A stretch of 64,000 nucleotides of DNA from NCBI GenBank assembly GCA_041740355.1, contig JBGSMD010000046.1, positions 64,001 through 128,000 of the forward strand, read 5' to 3'. This DNA comes from Bdellovibrionota bacterium. Its GTDB lineage: Bacteria > Bdellovibrionota_C > UBA2361 > CALJRW01. Positions within the stretch are counted from its first letter, which is position 1; every line of letters begins with the position of its first letter. The notes beneath the pieces are model-generated. The model saw only the letters and a list, made by a program, of their open reading frames with translations, was not told the DNA's origin and searched no databases. The position numbers were made by a program, and so were the translations under genes. Of this stretch, positions 57,928-64,000 are shown piece by piece.

Positions 57928-57967
57928 AGTCTTATTAAAAACTTAAAATTACTCCTGGGGAGATTCT

Positions 57968-58034
57968 ATAGTGATGACAAAAAATAAATTACGTAAAAAG
58001 TATATAGATTAATTTGCTTTCTTGTCATAACTAT
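57968..58034. mobile_element. MITE-like palindromic element
   Basis: ATAGTGATGACAA...TTGTCATAACTAT, T before and A after; left end matches 13951. Confidence 0.6.
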
Positions 58035-58058
58035 ATAATTTTATTATCCCTCCGGGGG

Positions 58059-58113
58059 ATAGAACGCCACAAAAAGTAATTTTCTTACGTAAATTACTTT
58101 TTGGACTTTCTAT
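58059..58113. mobile_element. Miniature palindromic element (MITE-like), copy B
   Basis: 55 nt, 49/55 identical to 8188-8242 without gaps. Confidence 0.75.
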
Positions 58114-58281
58114 ATGTAAAACCTTAGCAAAATACTGTTCAATCCTGAGAGTACTCGACATAGACTAAAGAGAATACAGAAAGATTACATTTTGCAGGCT
58201 ATATATCGATATGATCTTGATCATGATCGAAGTTATAAGAAGAGACAAGATTGGTCTAACTACTTTGGAATGACTAGAATG

Positions 58282-59151
58282 CTATTGGATTTTGGAGTTT
58301 TTATTACAAAAACTTATGACATCACTTAATAATTTTGTTTTAGATCTAAGCGGGATGGAAAATGCGGCAATTGTTCCTATGTGGTTTAGGGAGTCGTAAA
58401 ATTTTACTTCTAAGTTAAGCTTATGGAGCGTAGCTTGGGCTTGCATGCTGGTAATATTACTAAGTTCGATTACTTCATCATTTCTGCTGTGGATTAGTAA
58501 GACCGGAAGGTTGGGATTTTTAAAATACGATGCCGGCATGGCACTAGAAAGATTTTTTGCAACTGGCGAAAAGACTTCCACATAACTTTGCTTTACAGGG
58601 ATAAAATCGTAGGCTCCAGATATTCCCACAAAGCCGCGAATTGATTCCGTTGGTACGGCAAGTTGCCTCAAATAATCTTCATTTGTTGCTAAAAGGCCAG
58701 CAAGGTGAGCTCCTGCCGAATGGCCGATTAGGATAATTCTTTCTGGGTCACCACCAAATTCCTTGATGTTTTTGAAAACCCAGGAAGTTGCCTGAGCTCC
58801 ATCTTCTACGAAAGTTGGATATTTAAACTTGGGATATTTTGCATAGTCTGGAATCACGACCAAGTAATCACTAGAAATAAATGGTTCCGCTACAAATCTG
58901 TAGTCATCCTTTGATCCTGTTTCCCAACCACCGCCATAAAAAAATATGATTACTGGTTTTAAATCTTTAGACTTATTTTTAGGTGTGTAAATATTAAGTT
59001 TTTGTCGATCTAATTCGGAATAATGGATATCTTTATATACTGTTTGGCCCTGAGAATAAGCTAAAGCATTGACCGTTAACACTTTAGCTCGAGAGCAAGA
59101 GCTAGAAAGAATCAGTAATAAGGTAAGAGCAATTTTTACAGTTCGCTGCAT
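58282..59151 (-). CDS. Alpha/beta hydrolase (carboxylesterase-like), probably exported
   Basis: FFYGGGW, PDY, GHSAGAHL, N-terminal signal with Cys. Confidence 0.88.
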   Translation of the reverse strand: MQRTVKIALTLLLILSSSCSRAKVLTVNALAYSQGQTVYKDIHYSELDRQKLNIYTPKNKSKDLKPVIIFFYGGGWETGSKDDYRFVAEPFISSDYLVVIPDYAKYPKFKYPTFVEDGAQATSWVFKNIKEFGGDPERIILIGHSAGAHLAGLLATNEDYLRQLAVPTESIRGFVGISGAYDFIPVKQSYVEVFSPVAKNLSSAMPASYFKNPNLPVLLIHSRNDEVIELSNITSMQAQATLHKLNLEVKFYDSLNHIGTIAAFSIPLRSKTKLLSDVISFCNKNSKIQ

Positions 59152-59169
59152 TACAGAGTTAAGAACAAA

Positions 59170-59754
59170 CTAAGGTTGAAGACCAAGTAAACGATCTCGA
59201 ATCATTTTAATTTGGCGTAAGTGAACTTGAAGGTGCATTACGGCAAAAGTATTCCAGTCTTTTTGATTTAGTTCGCCGACCCAGGGATGAAGATGCTTCT
59301 TAGCAACATTTTTTTTAAAATCATTCTGAGCTATTGTGGTTTGATAGTTTTGAATATGATCGGTAAACATTTTCAGGGGATCCGCAATTTCGCCCTTAGG
59401 TTTAACTCGCGCCGGATCCGCTACAATCTCTGATTTACCATAATCATTTAATTGTTTGATGATCGCTAGAAAGCCTTCACCCACAATTGCCAGATGTTCT
59501 AGGGTCATTCCCAGTGACCAATTAGTAGAGACTTCTTCTAGTCCAAAAATTCTTTTGATTTTAACTTTTTGGTTTATTTTATCGGCATCAACAGAATTTA
59601 CCAAGCGAATAATTATCTTTGTAAGTTTATCGTAGTCATTTCTAGCAAAAACCAAATCATACTTACTTAAGTAATAAGGTGTAACCAAGTATCTTAGAAT
59701 AAAATTTTCAGGAAAAGGTAATTGGGCAATCGAGGCAGTATTATTAATGTTCAT
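59170..59754 (-). CDS. DinB-superfamily protein
   Basis: WSLGMTLEHL, HPWVGEL, MHLQVHLRQI. Confidence 0.8.
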   Translation of the reverse strand: MNINNTASIAQLPFPENFILRYLVTPYYLSKYDLVFARNDYDKLTKIIIRLVNSVDADKINQKVKIKRIFGLEEVSTNWSLGMTLEHLAIVGEGFLAIIKQLNDYGKSEIVADPARVKPKGEIADPLKMFTDHIQNYQTTIAQNDFKKNVAKKHLHPWVGELNQKDWNTFAVMHLQVHLRQIKMIRDRLLGLQP

Positions 59755-59864
59755 GAAGCATTCGTTAAAAAGATTGAAAAGTCAAAAAGACGTTTTTCTC
59801 AAAAATTAGTCTAGCAAATAACTACTCTGCTGACAAAATCTCTGTTTGATGAGAGAATTAAGAA

Positions 59865-60353
59865 ATGCCATGTCCATTTGCCCCGCTATTATCTATTATT
59901 CCAGCACTGCCCTTTCTGCCCTGGATTATTGGGAAGTCAATGGAGCGGCTTGGGAAAAAAAATAAAATAAAGTTTTTGGTTGGTGAGTCAGCAAGTCAAT
60001 CTAAAAATCTTGTACAGTTAGAGAATGATCAAGCTTTTTCCTTAGAGAATCCGCAATCCTGCATTAAGACCCTAGAGTTTTATCAGTCAGGTGCACCATA
60101 TTTTCGCAAAACTAAAGCGCACCTAGTCCTTCTAGCTAGTGATTCTAGGAGTGAAACTTTATTGTTCACGAAATTAGAAGATTCTGAAATTGCTAAAAGT
60201 CTAACCGCTGTTTTTCTTAAACATCCACTTTCTCGGGTAGTGTTTAAGGATAACCGTATCATAGTAAAGTTGATTAATCCCGAATGTTACACTCCCGAGG
60301 CTCTTGATTTGCTGATTGGCAATCTGAGCTTAGATATTAAAGCTGTGCTTTGA
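59865..60353 (+). CDS. Hypothetical protein with N-terminal hydrophobic segment
   Basis: 162 aa ATG ORF; no motif. Confidence 0.5.
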   Translation: MPCPFAPLLSIIPALPFLPWIIGKSMERLGKKNKIKFLVGESASQSKNLVQLENDQAFSLENPQSCIKTLEFYQSGAPYFRKTKAHLVLLASDSRSETLLFTKLEDSEIAKSLTAVFLKHPLSRVVFKDNRIIVKLINPECYTPEALDLLIGNLSLDIKAVL

Positions 60354-62010
60354 TTTTATCAGCGACTCGAAAGGAATTGGCATAGATTGTCCAAGTATAT
60401 GGAACGCTACCACCTGTTGGCATAAAGCTAGCATCGGACACGAATAAATTACTGGCACTGTAGGCTCGACAATCGGGATCAAGAACATGTTGATCGGGAT
60501 TATTTCCAAAGCGACATCCGCCAGCTACAAGATTCGGAGGTGGAGCACCACTAACACTGGAGGAAATATTTTTAAGTTTCATTTCTTCAAGTACCAGTTT
60601 TGCTTTGTCTCCCAGATATTTAGCAATTTTTAGATCATGTTGGTGATACCCGAGCCGTACTTTTGCAACAGGCGTATTCCACTGATCCTTATTTTGAGTA
60701 TCGAGGCTAACAAAACAATTATCTGTGGGTAACCAATCATTGAAAACTTCAAAGTTTAGTTGTCTCTCGCTAGCAAAACCCTTTTTTAGTCTTTCCTGAA
60801 GTGACTGTCCCCAGATTAACTTTTCACCATCCCATTTTAAACTATTTGCCCGACGAATTGGGTTGGCATGATCAAACAGAAAATCAATTAATCCACCTTT
60901 GACTCGCCCTCCTAATGATTGTTCATTAAAAATATACCAATCTTGTAGTGAGCGGTTAACAAATAGTCCCGGAGCTTTGAGACGATATGCAATTTCTTCT
61001 GGATAATCAGAGTAGTCTATCGTTCCATTGCCAGTTGCGCCGGCGGAGAAGATTAAGTTCTTACCAACTTGGCCATTATGATTAGCCAAACCATTTGGAT
61101 GCTTGCTACCTGTCGACATTAATAATATGCGACTAGTTTCAATTGCTTGGCAAGCAACGACAAATATTTTGGCAGTTACTTCTTGGGATAAACCTTCGCG
61201 GTTGTAATATTTAACTTTAGTAACATTGCCTTGCGGGTTACTTTCTAAATGATAAACAAAAGAGTGGGGACGAATTTCACAGCTTCCAGTTTTGAGAGCT
61301 AAATCTAGCAGTGCGGCCCTAGCACTTCCTTTCGCTCCACTATTACAACCATAGCTCCCACAAAAATTTGAGTAGTAACAACTGCTACGTTCGTTATGAG
61401 GAGTAGAGAGAATTGCCCGAGCCACTGGAATTGAATGGAAATTTAAATTTTTGCAGGCAGCATCAATTAATTCTACTACTTGATTTTCTTGTAGTGGTGG
61501 AAAAGGAAAATCTTTAGTTGATCTTGGTTCTTGAAAGGGATGATTAATAACTCGACCAGAAATGCCAACTATTTGTTCCACCTTAGTGTAATATGGTTCT
61601 AAGTCTTGATAAGTAATTGGCCAGTCTGAGATATTTGCGCCTTCGATTGGTCCAAATTCAGAAAGCAAATGAAAATCTTCTGGCTTTAGCCGATGGAAGT
61701 ACCCACTCATAAAATTAGATGATCCGCCAACACAGTTTCCATTCCAGAAATTTCGACCAGATTCTGTTGTACTTTCTGATTCCCAAGAATTAACTTTGCC
61801 AGTTTCAAGTACATGATACTCCTTCTTTAAACTTGGAGTGTAAACATCTCTACGAACAGCAACTAGTTCATCTTTAGAAAAATCTTTTTCTTTAAACCAA
61901 GGACCTTTTTCTAGAACTAGTACAGAATGTCCAGCGCTTGCTAGTTCTAAAGCAATGGGAGAGCCACCGGCACCAGAGCCGATGATACATACATCATAAT
62001 CAGTAATCAT
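60337..62010 (-). CDS. GMC-family flavoprotein oxidoreductase (atypical active site)
   Basis: IIGSGAGG, VLEKG, VGGSS, WPITY, Cys cluster CYYSNFCGSYGC, GGCRFG, NLFVSDASFMPT. Confidence 0.88.
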   Translation of the reverse strand: MITDYDVCIIGSGAGGSPIALELASAGHSVLVLEKGPWFKEKDFSKDELVAVRRDVYTPSLKKEYHVLETGKVNSWESESTTESGRNFWNGNCVGGSSNFMSGYFHRLKPEDFHLLSEFGPIEGANISDWPITYQDLEPYYTKVEQIVGISGRVINHPFQEPRSTKDFPFPPLQENQVVELIDAACKNLNFHSIPVARAILSTPHNERSSCYYSNFCGSYGCNSGAKGSARAALLDLALKTGSCEIRPHSFVYHLESNPQGNVTKVKYYNREGLSQEVTAKIFVVACQAIETSRILLMSTGSKHPNGLANHNGQVGKNLIFSAGATGNGTIDYSDYPEEIAYRLKAPGLFVNRSLQDWYIFNEQSLGGRVKGGLIDFLFDHANPIRRANSLKWDGEKLIWGQSLQERLKKGFASERQLNFEVFNDWLPTDNCFVSLDTQNKDQWNTPVAKVRLGYHQHDLKIAKYLGDKAKLVLEEMKLKNISSSVSGAPPPNLVAGGCRFGNNPDQHVLDPDCRAYSASNLFVSDASFMPTGGSVPYTWTIYANSFRVADKIKAQL

Positions 62011-62597
62011 ACTTTCAAGATTTTAGGGTAGGCATTAAGCTCGTTGGGACGGGGATATCCTGGTTGGATTCCTAACCACTCCCAGCCAATTGAGTTGGGA
62101 TTACCACCATAGAGGGGATCGCTAAGTAAGGCCTCAAAAATATATTTTAACATTGCCGACAACCAATTTTCACCCCAGCTTTTTTGAGTAATAATTTGAA
62201 ATATTTCTTCACGCTTTTCTTGATCTAGTTGATAGAAATTAAGCTGAAAATTTTCTTGACTTGTGTCGTTGATCCAATTAGCTCCTTTAATTAGGAATTC
62301 ACGGTCATCCAAGTCAATTTGTTGATCATGTAAAACAAATTGTAAAAATTCCAAGGCATTAATTTGTTCAGCATCAAGATTATTTTTTGTCTCTGGAAAA
62401 AGGTGATTTTGCGTAGCACGAAGATTCCTAAGTTGTAGATCATTAACGGGAGATGATAACCCCGTCTCTTGGTAGAAATATGTTAAACAGCCACTCAAAC
62501 TGAGGCATCCGGTAGTCGCAAGTAAGCCTTTTAAAAAGGAGCGACGATCGATTAGGCCTTCGGCAAAATTTACCAAGAGAGTCTTTTTATCTGTCAC
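62007..62597 (-). CDS. Gluconate-2-dehydrogenase subunit 3-like partner, Tat (lipo)protein
   Basis: DRRSFLKG twin-arginine motif, LSGC lipobox, DPLYGGN....GWEWLG...GYP; ATGA coupling to the GMC gene; GTG 62597 is the likely start. Confidence 0.85.
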   Translation of the reverse strand: MTDKKTLLVNFAEGLIDRRSFLKGLLATTGCLSLSGCLTYFYQETGLSSPVNDLQLRNLRATQNHLFPETKNNLDAEQINALEFLQFVLHDQQIDLDDREFLIKGANWINDTSQENFQLNFYQLDQEKREEIFQIITQKSWGENWLSAMLKYIFEALLSDPLYGGNPNSIGWEWLGIQPGYPRPNELNAYPKILKV

Positions 62598-63027
62598 TTT
62601 CTTTGGAATTAAATTTTTTAAATATGAAATAATCGAGGCTAAATTTTCCTGGACCACTAATTATTAAGCTAACTAGCATGATTATATAATATAAGGGGAT
62701 TTCGAAGCCATTTTTGCCCGCTTCGAATCCATGCTCTAAGTGTACTGTAAAAATGGCGACTAGCATTACAAAAATTAATGGAAATGAGATTAGGCGTGTT
62801 GCTAAGCCTAAAGTTAAAAGGATTACACCAGTTATTTCAGTAATCGTTGCTAAGTAGGCATTCAGTAGTGGCAAGGGAATATTCATACTACTAAACCATT
62901 CAGCAATCGCGGAAATGTTTTTTACTTTAGCTAGTGCTGGGGAAAAAAATCCATAAGCTAGAATTAATCGAAAGAATAGCGGTGGTAGATCTTTTAATTT
63001 TGTTAGAAGGTTTAAGATCAAAGACAT
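62587..63027 (-). CDS. DoxX-family membrane protein (HvfX-like)
   Basis: RLILAYGF...A..K, EWF...IPLP..NAYLA...E..G..LL.LGL.TR, VAIFTVH, NGFEIPLYY. Confidence 0.88.
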   Translation of the reverse strand: MSLILNLLTKLKDLPPLFFRLILAYGFFSPALAKVKNISAIAEWFSSMNIPLPLLNAYLATITEITGVILLTLGLATRLISFPLIFVMLVAIFTVHLEHGFEAGKNGFEIPLYYIIMLVSLIISGPGKFSLDYFIFKKFNSKESDR

Positions 63028-63055
63028 AGATTGTTTATTGGTAAGTATAAAGAAA

Positions 63056-63101
63056 GACGACATTCATTCGTTCTTTTAATCGAAGCATTCTGAATGTCGT
63101 C
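63056..63101 (-). terminator. Stem-loop between peptide gene and doxX
   Basis: Perfect 11-bp inverted repeat GACGACATTCA / TGAATGTCGTC followed on the - strand by TTTCTTT. Confidence 0.6.
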
Positions 63102-63132
63102 GGGTGTTGAATTAAAAAATTAACTCAATCTT

Positions 63133-63375
63133 TTATCCACATTTGCCAGTACCACATTTAGCTTCTTTATCTTTTCCATCATCACATTTTTTTGTTTCTT
63201 CTTCTTTACCACCATCGCATTTTCCAGTTTCTTCTTCTTTCCCACCATCGCATTTCGTTGTGTCATCAGCTTGAGTAGTTTGAAGATCGTTTGATGGTGT
63301 TAATGGAGCAGCACTTAATGAGCTGATACTTATAAATGTTGCGATCAAAGCAAGTAATAGTGTTTTCTTAATCAT
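63133..63375 (-). CDS. Secreted low-complexity Cys-repeat peptide (HvfA/bufferin-like precursor)
   Basis: Sec signal, then KCDGGKEEETG-KCDGGKEEETK-KCDDGKDKEA-KCGTGKCG; GGAG RBS; 33-nt tandem repeat. Confidence 0.82.
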   Translation of the reverse strand: MIKKTLLLALIATFISISSLSAAPLTPSNDLQTTQADDTTKCDGGKEEETGKCDGGKEEETKKCDDGKDKEAKCGTGKCG

Positions 63376-63601
63376 TATATTTCTCCGAGAATATTATATA
63401 TATAGTTGTTAAAGTTTTAAGGAGTTAGAATGAAAATGCCATTCAATAATCCTTAGTGCATAAGTTAGTGATAGCATATTACAATTTATTACAGATTTTT
63501 TTAATAATTTAGATTGATTCTCGCATCTTGCCCTAAAGCTATAGAGTAACTATAGTTACTTTTGTTAACTCATTGTTTTTAATCAATATTAATATTCTGC
63601 T

Positions 63602-64000
63602 GTGAGCAAAAAATTAAATCAGATACCTCTAAATTCTTTATCAGAGGCGATAGCTAATAAAGAAACAGAGGTAATCGAACTGCTAGTACAAGAGTACACG
63701 CTTTGCCTGATGAAAGCTGGATTGGGGTTAGGCTTTTCAGTGGATCAGGCGGAAGACTTAGTGCAAAGTGTTTGGATAGTTTTCTTTGGGCAGCCTGAGA
63801 AATTCGAACAAAGATCGCAGCTTAAGACTTATCTCTTTGGTATTTTATATAATAAAGCTCGAGAGTTACGCCGGGCTAATCAAAAAAATATTCCCGAAGA
63901 TCGGATTGAAGACTTGCTAAATGAATGTTTTAATTCCAAAGGGCATTGGTCTACTCATTTAGTCAGTCCTGATAAGATGCTCGAGTCTGTCGAGACTATT
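63602..64000 (+). CDS. ECF sigma factor, runs off the window end (not in ORF track)
   Basis: Manual translation from GTG 63602: ...DQAEDLVQSVW...FEQRSQLKTYLFGILYNKARE...FNSKGHW...; region-2 motifs. Confidence 0.85.
   Translation, partial: MSKKLNQIPLNSLSEAIANKETEVIELLVQEYTLCLMKAGLGLGFSVDQAEDLVQSVWIVFFGQPEKFEQRSQLKTYLFGILYNKARELRRANQKNIPEDRIEDLLNECFNSKGHWSTHLVSPDKMLESVETI

Noticed and set aside
63180-63256. 33-nt tandem repeat as a possible CRISPR or VNTR
   Set aside because: No spacers, in-frame coding repeat of the peptide, no cas genes
1-64000. tRNA, rRNA, prophage, integrase or transposase genes
   Set aside because: None recognised by eye; a tRNAscan/Rfam run would be needed to exclude small RNAs fully

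Overview
AT-rich (roughly one-third GC, judged by eye) bacterial chromosomal window, standard genetic code, probably a Gram-negative organism; the lineage cannot be fixed from sequence alone. It carries housekeeping and stress genes (upp, sodC, suhB-like, tRNA deaminase tadA, ferritin, Nudix, hemW, prfC, an inverted-topology photolyase), an AttEFGH-like ABC system and a Tad/Flp pilus locus with attached signalling genes. It also has a HzsA-like c-type cytochrome, a SulP + DabA/DabB + NuoM-like inorganic-carbon uptake operon and many orphans. Best candidates for new biology: (1) 60337-64000, a secreted KCxxG-repeat (HvfA/bufferin-like) peptide + DoxX + Tat-exported GMC flavoprotein pair + divergent ECF sigma, with no DUF692/MNIO enzyme in the operon and a GMC that appears to lack its canonical catalytic His/Asn. 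(2) 49829-50200, a signal-peptide-bearing leader ORF ending in the RAPP ribosome-arrest motif, followed by a hairpin, directly upstream of the SulP-DAB operon. (3) A family of short ATAG...CTAT palindromic miniature elements that has interrupted two genes not properly called by the ORF track. No rRNA, tRNA, CRISPR array or transposase was recognised.
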